Shown here piece by piece: positions 27,288-42,649 of a stretch of DNA of 64,000 nt; within the stretch, counting starts at the first letter, position 1, and every line of letters begins with the position of its first letter. Source of the stretch: Octopus vulgaris. Taxonomy: Eukaryota. The position numbers and the translations under genes are program-made. Under the pieces are notes generated by a model, which worked only from the letters and a program-made list of their open reading frames with translations, was not told the origin of the DNA and made no database searches. The stretch lies in the NCBI GenBank assembly GCA_951406725.2, contig OX597833.1, forward strand, positions 7,440,001 to 7,504,000, read 5' to 3'.

Positions 27288-27721
27288 CATACATATATAT
27301 ATACATACATACATACATATATATATATACGTTCGTGTGCGTATGTATGCACACGTGTATGTGTGTGTATGTTTATGACAGAATCGCGGCTTTAATCATT
27401 GTCTGTCACCATCATTCTATTAAGATGTGTTGACTCTCCATGAAATTGCTCTTGTTGTTGTTGTTGCTGTTAGTGGTGGCGGAGGCAGCAGTGGCGATCG
27501 TCGTAGTGGTGGTAGTCGTAGTGTTTGTTGGTGGGGTGATGGTGATGATAACACCGGTGATAGAGGCTGTGTCGGTGGTTGTGACGATGGTGGTGGCATT
27601 GTGACGGTGGTTGTGATAATGGGGTGTCGGTCATAATGGGGGTGGCGGGTATTTCTATGATATTCAGAATGTATCTTACAGGCATAACTACACGATATTC
27701 ACGACTAATGGATGGATGGAA

Positions 27722-28100
27722 GCACCCCGTCGGTTACGACGACGAGGGTTCCGGTTGATCCGAATCAACGGAACAGCCTGCTCGTGAAATTAACGTGTAA
27801 GTGGCTGAGCACTCCACAGACACATGTACCCTTAACGTAGTTCTCGGGGATATTCAGCATGACACAGAGAGTGACAAGGCCGGCCTCTTGAAATACAGGT
27901 ACAACAGAAGCAGGAAGTAAGAGTAAGAGAAAGTTGTGGTGAAAGAGTACAGCAGGGATCACCACCATCCCCTGCCGGAGCCTCATGGAGCTTTTAGGTG
28001 TTTTCGCTCAATAAACACTCACAACGCCCGGTCTGGGAATCGAAACCGCGATCCTACGACCGCGAGTCCGCTGCCCTAACCACTGGGCCATTGCGCCTCC
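27722..28100 (-). mobile_element. SINE head A + tail Y, (CCAT)n end, ~13-bp TSD
   Basis: Head matches 13389; attcacgactaat at 27697-27709 and 28104-28116. Confidence 0.9.
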
Positions 28101-28132
28101 ACGATTCACGACTAATACTACAGACATAACAA

Positions 28133-28345
28133 GGCAGCAAGCTGGTAGAATCGTTAGCGCTCCGGGCAAAATGCTTTGCGATATTTTGCCTGTCTTTACG
28201 TTCCGAGTTCAAATTCCACCGAAGTCGACTTTGCCTTTCATCCTTTCAAGGTCGGTAAAATGAATACCAGTTGCGTACTGGGGGTCGATGTAATCGACTT
28301 ACCTACAACTCCAAAATTGCTGACCTTGTGCCAAAATTTGAAAGC
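28133..28345 (+). mobile_element. SINE family M (alternative short tail)
   Basis: ggcagcaagctggtagaatcgttagc...ccttgtgccaaaatttgaa. Confidence 0.85.
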
Positions 28346-28454
28346 ACTGTTACAAACATAACTACTCGATATTCACGACCAGTATTACAGACATAACTAC
28401 GCGATATTCGCAACCAATATTTAAGACATCATTACGCGATATTAGATCATACGA

Positions 28455-28834
28455 AGGCGGCGAGCTGGCAGAATGGTTAGCACGTCGGGCGAAATGCGTA
28501 ACCGTATTTCGTCTGCCGCTACGTTCTGAGTTCAAATTCCGCCGAGATCAACTTTGCCTTTCATCCTTTCGGGGTCGATTAAATAAGTACCAGTTACGCT
28601 CTGGGGTCGCTATAATCGACTTAATCCGTTTGTCTGTCCTTGTTTGTCCCCTCTGTGTTTAGCCCCTTGAAGGCAGTAAAGAAATAGGTATTTCGTCTGT
28701 CTTTAAATTCTGAGTTCAAATTCCACCGAGGTCGACTTTGCCTTTCATCCTTCTGGGGTCGATAAATTAAGTACCGGTTGCGTACTGGGGCCGATCTAAT
28801 CGACTGGCTCCCTCCCCTCGACAAAAAAAAAAAG
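28455..28834 (+). mobile_element. Dimeric SINE family M with poly(A) and 17-bp TSD
   Basis: gatattagatcatacga at 28438-28454 and 28835-28851; second unit restarts at gtatttcgtctg (28688). Confidence 0.88.
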
Positions 28835-29204
28835 GATATTAGATCATACGAGGTCGTATATCTGTTGGATCAAGCCTGACCTGGAATTCAATAATAACAT
28901 CCTTTACAATCCGTAAATCCCTAATATTTGATTACAGATCTGATGACCTGGCCCTGACCTGCGGTTACACAACGGTGATAGGACTTTTGAATGCGGGCTA
29001 CCCTATGGTTTAAACGATAGAAGCAATTACAGGTCCGACACCTGTCAGATTTCTAGTGCAACACATTGTTGGATTCTCACCATTTATAGTTCGTTGTGTC
29101 GGAAGTATTTTCATTCAACAGTTCCGTTAAAAGTAGTGAGATGGTACTAGTTTTGGCGGCGGCACTAAGTAATTAACTCGGACCTTCTATTTAAAGTTTC
29201 TTTC

Positions 29205-29427
29205 TTTCTTTTCTTTTTCTTTCATTTGTTTCAGTCATTTGACTGCGGCCATGCTGGAGCACCGCTTTAGACGAACAAATCGACTGCAGGACTTATTCTT
29301 TGTAAGACTAGTACTAATTCTGTCGGTCTCTTTTGCCGAACCGCTAGGTTACGGGAACGAAAACACACAAACATCGGTTGTCAAGCGATGGTGGGGACAG
29401 ACACATAAACACACACACACACACACG

Positions 29428-29472
<45 letters not shown>

Positions 29473-29677
29473 ACACTGAAAGAAACCCGTTGTATATATA
29501 TATATATAATATATATACGACAAGCTTCTTTCAGTTTCCGTCTACCAAATCCACTCTCAAGGCTTTGGTCGGCCCGAGGCTATAGGAGAAGACACTTGCC
29601 CAAGGTGCTACGCAGTGGGCTGAACCCGGAACCATGTGGTTGGTTAGCAAGCTATTTACCACACAGCCACTCCTGCT
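29205..29677 (-). mobile_element. SINE family C, full length
   Basis: Match to 8676-9086. Confidence 0.9.
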
Positions 29678-29766
29678 ACTATTTTTTTTTATTTCGCTTT
29701 TGTTAATCAGCAACCATAAGGAACTAATCTCATGGGGTTTATCCCATCAAACCGAGATATAATCAT

Positions 29767-29808
<42 letters not shown>

Positions 29809-29934
29809 ATGTGTGTGCGTGTATGTGTGTAATGTGCACGCGTGTATATGTATGTCTGTATGCTTGCGCGCACGTTTTGACATGGTGAGTGTACATGCGC
29901 GTAGATGTGTGCACGCGTTTGTGTCTATATACAC

Positions 29935-30340
29935 AGGCGCAGGAGTGGCTGTGTGGTAAGTAGCATGTTTACCAACCACATGGTACCGGGTTCAGTCCCA
30001 CTGCGTGGCACCTTGGGAAAGTGTCTTCTACTATAGCCTCGGGCCGACCAAAGCCTTGTGAGTGGATTTGGTAGACGGAAACTGAAAGAAGCCCGTCGTA
30101 TATATGTATATATATGTATATGTGTGTGCGCGTGTATGTTTGTGTTTGTCTCCCTAGCATTGCTTGACAACCGATGCTGGAATGTTTATGTCCCCGTCAC
30201 TTAGCGGTTCGGCAAAAGAGACCGATGGAATAAGTACTGGGCTTACAAAGAATAAGTCCCGGGGTCGAGTTGCTCGATTAAAGGCGGTGCTCCAGCATGG
30301 CCGCAGTCAAATGACTGAAACAAGTAAAAGAGTAAAAGAG
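29935..30340 (+). mobile_element. SINE family C, full length (head-to-head with the previous copy)
   Basis: ggcgcaggagtggctgtgtggtaag...gtaaaagagtaaaagag. Confidence 0.92.
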
Positions 30341-30963
30341 GTGGGGAGACAATGTTGGCGAAATGTGTGTGTGTATGTGTGAACATGGAAATGTGTGTGT
30401 GTACGTGTAGGTGCGTTTGTGTGGAGATGCGTAAACGGGTGTGAGCAAGTGTGTGTAAGTGCGTATGTAGAGAGAGGTTGTGTTGGTGAAATGCGTGTGT
30501 GTATATGTATGTTGTATATGTGTGTGTGCGTGTGTGTGTGTGTAGAGTCGTGGACATGTTAACACTATTGATGTTACATGTTTGTAGCAAGGTGTTTGTG
30601 GTGGTGGTGGTTATGGTGGTAGTGATTACGGTGGGGGGTCGGGTTGAGGTGGTCAAGGGCTCCATCTTTGACAGTCTCTACTAAAACCTGTTCCTCCCGT
30701 CGGCCATGACACATCTATAGATGTCAGCGTGGACAGACACATACTGTGACGCACAGACAGACATATTTATACGCTATAGCATGAGGTGCTTCCATAATTC
30801 ATCGGCTGACACTACCACGCACGCGCACACTACACACAGACCGAAACCAGCAAAAATATACAAATACAAAGGTACGTTTATACATATACACATATACACA
30901 TACACATTTATATACACAGGAACACTGTAGTTGCATGCTTGTGTGTATGCATGTACATATATG

Positions 30964-31010
<47 letters not shown>

Positions 31011-31118
31011 GTGTATATGTGTGTATGTATACATATACACACAACATATATATACACTTCCTCTTTTTTTATTTCTTTCTTATATTTCTCCATTATTTCA
31101 CTGATATATTTTGTAGTG

Positions 31119-32343
<1,225 letters not shown>

Positions 32344-32358
32344 ATGTCTATCTATCTC

Positions 32359-32428
<70 letters not shown>

Positions 32429-32513
32429 CGCCTGTCTGTCTATCTATCGGTATATGTATGTGTGTATCTGTGTGTGTGTGTGGATGTGTGTAGAGATAGA
32501 CAGACAGATACAT

Positions 32514-32544
<31 letters not shown>

Positions 32545-32597
32545 TACAGAGAGATAGAGATAAATGGATAGATATGTTTCTTTATTAGCCACACAGA

Positions 32598-32632
<35 letters not shown>

Positions 32633-32645
32633 TAGATAGATAGAT

Positions 32646-32678
<33 letters not shown>

Positions 32679-32703
32679 TAGATAGATAGATAGATAGATA
32701 TAT

Positions 32704-32759
<56 letters not shown>

Positions 32760-33084
32760 TAGTGTATTTCCAACATTATTGTGTTCACGGTAATTCTGAC
32801 AGTACCGTGAAAAATTAACTCAATACCTTAATGAGAGTAAATAATAAATTTAGCGAACTAAAATCTGAATGATAGAAGAAACGCGAAAAGCTGAGTTGGA
32901 AACATTTAGAAAGCGTGGAAGGTTTAAAAAAATGGACAATGAAAAAATAAATGGAAAACGAAAAAGTCATCAGAAATAAGTAAAAAGGTAAGAGTTATCT
33001 CGCTTAGACCTTATGTTATAAGGCTGGAAAAAATATTAATCTGGGAAAAAATATTAATCTGGGATAGGCGGAATTTTCCAATCC

Positions 33085-33435
33085 TTTAAAAGGAACTTAA
33101 TTATATGTTTACAACTGCTGAAAATTTCAGACCTAGAGTTCAGTAGTGAATTAGAGATCTTAGATCTGAAAAGGCTCTGCGCTCTTTCAGATAAGCATTG
33201 CTTATATTTATTTGATCCATTAGAATTAGGTGAGAATCTTCAATTATTTTCCACTTAATTGTGGTGTTGAGTTAGATTTCAACCTCTATACTTGGCTAGC
33301 CAACTTAATAGCTTTGCGTTTGTCCTTATGTCGGAAAGAAGTTTTGTGGTTGACATAGCGATTTTTAAATTCTCCTTCATATAATCCAATACAGGTCTTC
33401 TTATCGGTTATACTATCATGTAGCGTTGCAGAACT
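33085..33435 (-). mobile_element. Penelope-like element GIY-YIG endonuclease remnant
   Basis: Minus strand: KTCIGLYEGEFKNRYVNHKTSFRHK..IKWKII..SNGSNK..QCLSE..LLNSRSEIFSSCKH (not in the ORF track; has stops and frameshifts). Confidence 0.85.
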
Positions 33436-33440
33436 TCTGC

Positions 33441-33532
<92 letters not shown>

Positions 33533-33751
33533 CACACACTTTATTCATGGGATATCAATTTCAAAATGAAACTATGTCCAACCACTTAAAATAGAAATAT
33601 GTTTAAGAGTGGATAAAAATATTATAAATCCATAATTGTTAGTCCGACAAAATTGGTGAAAAACAAAATATTTTGTCTGACTTACAATTTTGGATTAACG
33701 ATACACACACACACACACTCACACATATATACATATATATATATATATGTT

Positions 33752-33865
<114 letters not shown>

Positions 33866-34255
33866 AATACATATTCATATACATACATATATATGTATGT
33901 ATATATGTATGCATGAATGGATGGATGTGTGTGTGTGTGTGTATGTGTGTGTGTGTGTGTGTGCGTGTGTATTATACTTTTACAAGAGGAGTGGTGACAG
34001 CGACTCAAAAGTTTCGGCCTGCTTGTTTTGAAGTCACTGTTTGTTCACTTGTTGTAAAGTATAAATATGTACTCTACAAAGATGTCGAATAATTCTTCGC
34101 TTTAATTCAAAATTGTTTATATTAAAACTCAACAGAAGAATAAGCATTTATACACACACACAAATACATTCATACATACATAAATACATACATACACAAA
34201 TACGTACTTACATGCATACATACATACATACATACATACATACATACATACATAC

Positions 34256-34322
<67 letters not shown>

Positions 34323-36234
34323 TATCCATATATATACTATTTGCATTTTGAAACAATAGTCTCCTGTCCAGTGCATGAGTGTTCTCAGAGAACGCGTGTA
34401 AATACATACATACATACATACATACATTCATACATACGTACGTACCTATGTATGTGTGTATATACATATATATATATATATATAAATACATATTCATATA
34501 CATACATATATATATATATATATTAATATATATATATATATATATATATGCATATATATATATATATGTGTGTATGTATGTATGTATGTATGTATGTATG
34601 TATGTATGTATGTATGTATGTATGTATGTATGTGTTTGTGTCTGCGTGTGAATGTACCATTCCTTGCACAACGCCCTCTTTTATACTATGGTGGGAACAT
34701 AGTTCTAATTTCTGTTAGGTTGTAGTATGTTTCCGTTATGGAGAGGACTGTTGTTAAAGAAACTTGTCTGCTGCGATGTAATCAGCTGATCATTACAGCC
34801 AATCAGATGTCACAGCTGCGCAACCACTGCAATATGAATGTTGCCATTATACAAGCGAGACCTTATACTTTTACACCTGTAAAACACACACATACACACA
34901 CATGCACACAAGCACACGCACATGCACTCACACACATGCAAACAAGCGCGCACACACACATATATAAGCAAAAATGAAGTTGAAACACAAAAAACTATAT
35001 TATGACAGGTGAAAGTTTTTTCCTGCAAAACACTAATAAATAGTTTAAAAAAGCAATACAAAGGTACTGGGTGAGAAATCGGGCCCTTCGTAGGGTCAGG
35101 GTACCCTATGAGTCTTCCTTGCTATTCCTTCTGCCAACCAACTTCCCCAAAATTATCCTTGAGCAATTTCAGTCTTCGCTAAACCGTGAAGGGTTGCCAT
35201 GAAAATCTGAGTGTAATTTCTCTGCTGTTGATGATATTTCAAATCAAGGAAATGCCAGTGTTTGTCCGTAACAGCACAGTATTTCAACTATCTTCTGCTG
35301 GGGTCACCATGAAGCGTGTACAGTTCAGGTTGAAGCACTTTGTGAAGGACGTCTCTTTGTGAGAGTTATCGAGTCTCTTGCTTATGTCTGAGTTCACCTT
35401 GTTCTAAATCCCTCCCCATCGTCACACGATAATCTACGTTGTTCTGAGTTAGTCGTAAATTGGAGAGGGAGATCTTCTATTTTCTCGGTCGTCATCAGCC
35501 TCTAGTTTTCATTCTACAGAATATGGTGGTGCTAGTTTTCCTGCTTCTGTCCCGGCCATTCCCAGAACATCGTTCAGTTGTGATGTGGAAACAGTGCTAG
35601 CAATAATAATGGACTTCGCCTCCAGCAACTGACGTTGTTATTACTGCTATCTCTAATTCACACCGATTAAAACTCTCTCTAACTCTTCTTCAGAGGGCAT
35701 AGTCTTCTTAGCTTTCTGAAAAATAAGGGTATTTCGCCCAACTCCCCATCCTTTTCGAAACAAATTCGTCAAGCAAGGAGGTATTGTCTTTTGTGACTCA
35801 CCTCACTCACATCTTCCTTTTTAGGAAACCGTTCTTTCTTAGTTTCATTTAATGTTCTTTATTATGCAAGTGTCGAAGTTGAACGCTCAATCTTTATATT
35901 GGATGAAAAGAAACAACAACAAATAGGAGCACGTGTTTGTCTACGATTGTGCTTTCACCATTGCAGAAAGCACATTCTTCTTTTACATCTTCGACAGCCA
36001 TCTTACAATGGCTATTTATTAACATGTACAAATACTTTGAAAATGCATTAAAAAAAACTACCCCCTAAGCAACGGTGGGTAGACAATCAAATTACCAAAT
36101 CCCTTTAGGGTGTGAAAGAACCATAAAAAGAACATACTTTTCCTTGTGATAATTCTACAAGAAATTATTATTTCTACGTAGGCCTCTGTAAAACGTGACT
36201 ATTTACAACGAACCACCACTACCACAACAACAAT

Positions 36235-36530
36235 AACGGTTCCAAATTTTGGCACAAGGCCAGCACATTCGAGGGAGGGGGGTAAATCGATTACATCGAC
36301 TCCCCCCTCCCCCAAGTGCTCAAATGGTTCTTACTCGACCGACGCCGAAAGGATGGAAAGTAAAGTCAATCTCGGCGGAATTTGAGCTCACAAAATAACG
36401 ATGGTCGAAATGCTGCCAAAAAGCATTCGACTCGTTCTTTATTTTATTTGCCCCGAAAAGAGGAAATGCAAAATTGAACTCTGCAGGATTTGAACTCCAG
36501 ATGTAAAGAGCCAGAAGAAATGCAGCCAAT
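36235..36530 (-). mobile_element. Old SINE family M copies (tandem)
   Basis: ccgaaaggatggaaagtaaagtcaatctcggcggaatttgagctca and a second diverged body. Confidence 0.7.
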
Positions 36531-36719
36531 CACTTTGGTGCAGCAATGGTTTTGAGATTGGTTCTTGGATGTTGAATGTCTTCCGCGATAATTAACAACC
36601 AAGTATCAAGGCTTATAATGTGCCGAAAGGGAACCCGTAGCACTTCTGAAAGCAGGCTGCTGTCCGCTCTCATAGAATCTACCAGAACAAACAAGACCAA
36701 ACGTTCTGAGAATAATGAT

Positions 36720-36936
36720 AATCCTTTCTACTGAAGACCTGCAATTTATCGGGGAAGAGACTGGTCGGTTACATCGACCCCCCCCCCCCAGTGTTTCACT
36801 GGTACTTGATTTATCGACCCCGAAAACACGAAAGGCAAAGTCGACCCCAGCAGAATTTGAACCTAGACGTGAAGACGGACGAAATACCGCTAAGCATTTC
36901 GTTCGGCGTGCTAATAATTGTGCCAAAACGCTGCCT
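36720..36936 (-). mobile_element. SINE family M next to (AAT)n
   Basis: ctggtacttgatttatcgaccccgaaa...gaaataccgctaagcatttc. Confidence 0.85.
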
Positions 36937-36941
36937 TAATG

Positions 36942-37055
<114 letters not shown>

Positions 37056-37324
37056 GCAACAACAACAACAACAATAGATGTGTTTGGTGTGTTACATCTC
37101 TCTTAAACGTGCGATTTCACTATAATCATCATCATTGTCATCATTATCATAATCATCATGCAATTCCAACTCCTATTCCCCACCCCCACCACCATCAGTA
37201 ATACCGAGAAGAAGAAAAACAACAAGAACAGAGCCAAGACAACATCTAACAGACACAGAATACCAGGAAGTGTGGTTTTGCTTATTGAAAAGTTATGTAA
37301 GTCTGACGGAATATTTTGTGCTGT

Positions 37325-37379
<55 letters not shown>

Positions 37380-37716
37380 TATATGGCCTTCTGTAACTGT
37401 TGTCATTGCATTTACATACACACACAACCACACACACACATACATATGTATGTACATACACATGTATATGCGTCTATGTTAAACAAGAATGGACATATAT
37501 CTAAATATGTGCATTTTCTTTGACACTATACGCATACGGTGTATATCGATGTATGGATATATATATGTGTGTGTGTGTGTTTGAGCATATATAGGCTTAT
37601 ATGGGCGTATATATGCATATATGTGCACATATATGTATATGCATACATATACATATATACACGCAAATATATATTTATATGTATGTATATATGTATAAAT
37701 ATATACATATATATGA

Positions 37717-37767
<51 letters not shown>

Positions 37768-37847
37768 TGTGTGTATGTGTGAAAGTATATTTATGTGTGT
37801 GTATACGATGTTTATGAGTGTTCATGGATGTACGTGCGTATATATGC

Positions 37848-37884
<37 letters not shown>

Positions 37885-37930
37885 CATATATATATATATG
37901 CATATATATGTATATATATATGTATGTATG

Positions 37931-38026
<96 letters not shown>

Positions 38027-38565
38027 TATATATATGCATGTATGTATGCACGCATGTAAGTATATATATTCTAATGTCTGTACGTCTACCCATGTATATG
38101 CGTGCGAACGTTTGTGTTCAGTATGGAGAGTGTGTATGTGTGAGGTGCCAGGTGATGTCTGTGAGTGTGCGTCCGTTGTTGCTAGGTGATGTGACGATGC
38201 CTTCAACTTTTGGTAAACAGGATGTTAGATTTCTATCTATGATGTTCACCAATCTGACAACCTCAGTCCTCAAGGGTTTCCCTTTCGGGGGCTGATTTTG
38301 GGTTGATAAAACCTGCAGCCCTCTTGACACCATGACTCAGGGGGCCTTGCTTGAGGAAACACATCATCTACTTCCACCAACAGATAGACGGAACAAATAT
38401 GGCGTGCCACGTTTGACATGCGCACTTCTTCAGTACGTGTGGGCATGACTATTAGCTATCTATCTTTCTGTTCGTCCGTCTGTCTATCTGGCTGACTGTC
38501 TGACTATCTACCTCTCTCTCTTTCTCTCTTGCTCTCCCTCTCTCCCTTGGTCTCTCCCTCTTCAT

Positions 38566-38709
<144 letters not shown>

Positions 38710-39149
38710 CCATCTATCTTTAAAGTTTATGTATCCTTCTCTCTCCTCTCTTCATCCCTCTGTATGCATATAATATATGTATATATGTGTGTATGAATAT
38801 GTGTATGTATGTACGTATGTACTTATGTATGTAAGTGTATATAGTATCTATATATGTATATACATGAAATGTGTATCAAGAAGAAGGCCAGTCTGAGGCG
38901 ACCTGGTACCAATCGACTTAAATATATAATTTTGAAAATACTAGAAGGAAGCGATAGCAGTAGATTACTGGTATCATATGAGCAATACTGGAGACAGTGA
39001 AATATGATTAGTTTTAACTTGGAGCATAAAAGAGAGAAAGAAACAAATTCGCGAAAATATTTGAAAGAATTTTATTAGTTTATTCGACCAACTGAAAAAG
39101 ACTTTCTGAGAAATTTGAAGCTTCAATCAAAACGATGTATTTTTGCTTC

Positions 39150-39264
39150 CATGCACATGGTTCCGGGTACAGTGGCATCTTGGGCAAGTGTCTTCTGCTA
39201 TAGCTTCGGGCTGGCCAAAGCTTTTTGTGTGGATTTGGTAGATGGAAACTGAAAGAAGCCAGTC

Positions 39265-39268
<4 letters not shown>
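39150..39268 (-). mobile_element. SINE family C fragment
   Basis: cacatggttccggg..cttgggcaagtgtcttc..ggaaactgaaagaagcc reads on the + strand as in the 29935 copy; the strand should be confirmed by alignment. Confidence 0.6.
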
Positions 39269-39333
<65 letters not shown>

Positions 39334-39778
39334 TGCAATTATGTTAAACTGTTGCAAGTCCAAATTTATCCGAATGCTTTCTTTCCAGTATTTACTTTTG
39401 TGTGCAATAGCCGGTTCTTTTGGTCAAAGTATCGTATCTCCACCAGTTTCAGATGAAAATTGTCAAAGTGTAGTACAAGGGTTTAGCATTTTTCAAAACT
39501 GTTGTAAGTTCCACATACGACAGATTTGCAAAAATATTTCTGACTGAAAATATCATACATGCATGGAGTTAGGGTTTTATGCACCCAACAAAGTATTATC
39601 GTTAAATCTGAAACTGTTGCTAATGTAAAAAGAAACGGAATCGTGAAAGTAGTTTTTCGTTTTCTGAAAAAGCAGCGTTTTGGACTTATGACACTATTGA
39701 ATAATAGCAACGAAATATATATTTATATATATACTTGGAAATGGATACGTGGTGTTCGATCATATAATAATATAAATA

Positions 39779-39838
<60 letters not shown>

Positions 39839-39879
39839 GTATATATATACTTACAAACTTGTATATATATATATATATA

Positions 39880-40070
39880 TACCGGGGTAAACACATAAAT
39901 GTGAAACAAGGTGGAAAAAGGAGTACTCAAATACCAGTGGTAGAGTAATATGCTATATTTAAAGCAGCAGAAAATTCAACAAAACCTGTTACTCTGAGTT
40001 TCACGTTCCCGTTCGTCCGACAGTTTTTAACAGGTTTTGTTGAATTTTCTGCTGCTTTAAATAAAGTATA
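39880..40070 (-). mobile_element. Fold-back HHR element family F, copy 2
   Basis: Minus-strand HHR at 39986-40023: ctgt-CGGACGA-acg ggaa cgt-GAAA-ctcagag-TA-acag; short inverted arm 40030-40070; (TA)n on both sides. Confidence 0.82.
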
Positions 40071-40086
40071 GATATATATGTATAAA

Positions 40087-40167
<81 letters not shown>

Positions 40168-40168
40168 T

Positions 40169-40228
<60 letters not shown>

Positions 40229-40234
40229 ATATGC

Positions 40235-40290
<56 letters not shown>

Positions 40291-40354
40291 GCACATATAC
40301 ATATATATATGTACATACCTACATATATAGGTATATATACATGCATATATGTGT

Positions 40355-40817
40355 ACAGGGCCTTAAAAAACGTGAACAAAAGGAAAAACGAGAACATAAA
40401 AAAGCAAAAACATGGAAAACGAACTTACATAGCATTTTTTACGGCCGTTTCGGCTGCCGACCACAGTCAGTGTTTATGAAGAAAATTCCGAAAATAAAAC
40501 TCGCCATCTTTTCGGAATTTTCTTTATAAACACCGATTGACATCGGCAACCGAAACGGCTGTAAGAAATTCTATGTAATGTTATGTTTTGTATCAAAAAA
40601 ATAATGTTGGTCAATTTGTTTGTTTGTAGATCAAATGTTTTCTCTATTTTCTGCTTATTTAAATTTGATTCCTGATAAACTTTTGTTTATTCACTTTTTC
40701 CTATGAGTGTAGTGTTCTTGCGTACCCATGTCCAGGGATAACATAGGTAAATGATATCAGTAGTAAGAACAGAAATTCTTATCCCTTAGACGGTTATTCC
40801 AACCGTTAACTCTGCTA

Positions 40818-40825
<8 letters not shown>
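40355..40825. mobile_element. Fold-back element in (TA)n with HHR-like 3' half in both arms
   Basis: Palindrome 40437-40566; arms contain ..cc-GAAA-cggccg-TA; 5' core atypical. Confidence 0.55.
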
Positions 40826-40865
<40 letters not shown>

Positions 40866-40866
40866 C

Positions 40867-40938
<72 letters not shown>

Positions 40939-40966
40939 AATAAGCAATAAAGATATCCAAGGTAGA

Positions 40967-41052
40967 GTGGTACAATTGTTTCATGCTACTTCATTTTATT
41001 AAACAATGTAAGTATTACATCAGTTTTAAAATGTCGAGCAATCTTCAGCCAC
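40967..41052 (-). ncRNA. Type I hammerhead ribozyme with ~60-nt stem II
   Basis: Minus strand: gtgg-CTGAAGA-ttgct..catttta...taaaatg..agcat-GAAA-caattg-TA-ccac. Confidence 0.8.
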
Positions 41053-41129
41053 ATCGGTAACAAGTATGGTAACAAGTAAAATAAAATTTGTTACCATATT
41101 TCAACCGAAATATGGTAACAACAGGTTTC

Positions 41130-41546
41130 TACGCATTGATTATAAGCCACAGAAATAAGATGAACGCTGGTAGAATTTGAAATCGAAAATTTCCTTTCGC
41201 ATTATTGTGATCTTTGGAGATAATTTTATTATTTCCAAACTTAGAAAAAGCGAGAAAATACTTAGTGAGGGCCAAAGAGAGTGTGTTGACATAAACCAAA
41301 CCAGATTTAACCAGGAATCGAAACCAAAACGGCACAGTTCATAGGTGGGAGTTGATTCGATCACTTGTAGTATATATTACTGGTGATTACCACCTCAGAA
41401 AGAACGAGGTTAAAAGGTCGATGCTGGCAAGGGTTGAAACCGCAGACAGGAATCGGTTCCCAACGAAGAAGTTCGTCAACAAGTTTACACCAGGATATTT
41501 TCAATCGTTATTTAGATTTGAAATACTTTCACGAAATTTCCTGTAA
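41130..41546 (-). mobile_element. Highly decayed PLE C-terminal coding remnant upstream of the HHR
   Basis: Fragments LKISWC, LALTKYF, EIFDFKFYQRSSYFCGL resemble PLE KISYSC / STELSKYIW / WKIL..Y...C.LC motifs. Confidence 0.5.
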
Positions 41547-41588
41547 TTGAAACAGTTTAACAGGATATGTCATAGAAAACATACACAC

Positions 41589-41648
<60 letters not shown>

Positions 41649-41784
41649 TTAAATGTATATATTTAAGTGTATATGTATATTTAAATGTATATATTTAAAT
41701 GTATATGTATAGCGATATATATATATATATGTAATATGTAGGTATATAATATATATATATGTATGTGTTTATAAGTACATATAA

Positions 41785-41853
<69 letters not shown>

Positions 41854-41947
41854 TGCAGACGTAACATTAAAATTTAAAATTTTCTCTCATTTAAAACGTT
41901 TTGTTTAACGTTTTTCTTGAATTTAAATGTGTTAACGGCATGTTATA

Positions 41948-41995
<48 letters not shown>

Positions 41996-42207
41996 AATAT
42001 AGATATATATAAACACATACGTATATACATTCATACATGATCAAGGGTATGCCCTTGATTATATATGTGTACATATGTGTGCATACATTTATATACGTGT
42101 ATCTGTAAGTGTATCTATAAGTGTGCATGTGTTTATATAAATATTTATATACCTATGTATCTTTATATATATATGCATGTATCTTTATATATGTATGCAT
42201 GTATCTT

Positions 42208-42255
<48 letters not shown>

Positions 42256-42649
42256 TACATATATATATATATATGCATACATATATATATATATATATCT
42301 GTATATACATACACACATATATACATCTACATATTTCTGTCAGTGTGCCCTTCAATGTATATGCATGTAAGCATATGTGAATGCTTTGGAGGGAATATAA
42401 ATCGGTTCCGTATTGAGTTTCGAAGTCACGTTTGATTGTTTGTGTTTTTAAACATTTTGATACGTTTTCTTATCGAAATATAAAACTTATACTACACATA
42501 CACGCATATATATATAAATGTCCGTGCACATTTAAAACTGCTGTACCTGAGTCATCTTGTGAAACACTCAAGTATGTTAATTGAAAGAACCAAAATTGGT
42601 TTTGACTGAAATTATCCAAATATCTCCCCTCTTTTGGACAAAATGCACA

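Noticed and set aside
35050-35830. Coding-like unique stretch
   Set aside because: No ORF or motif recognised; probably an old decayed element
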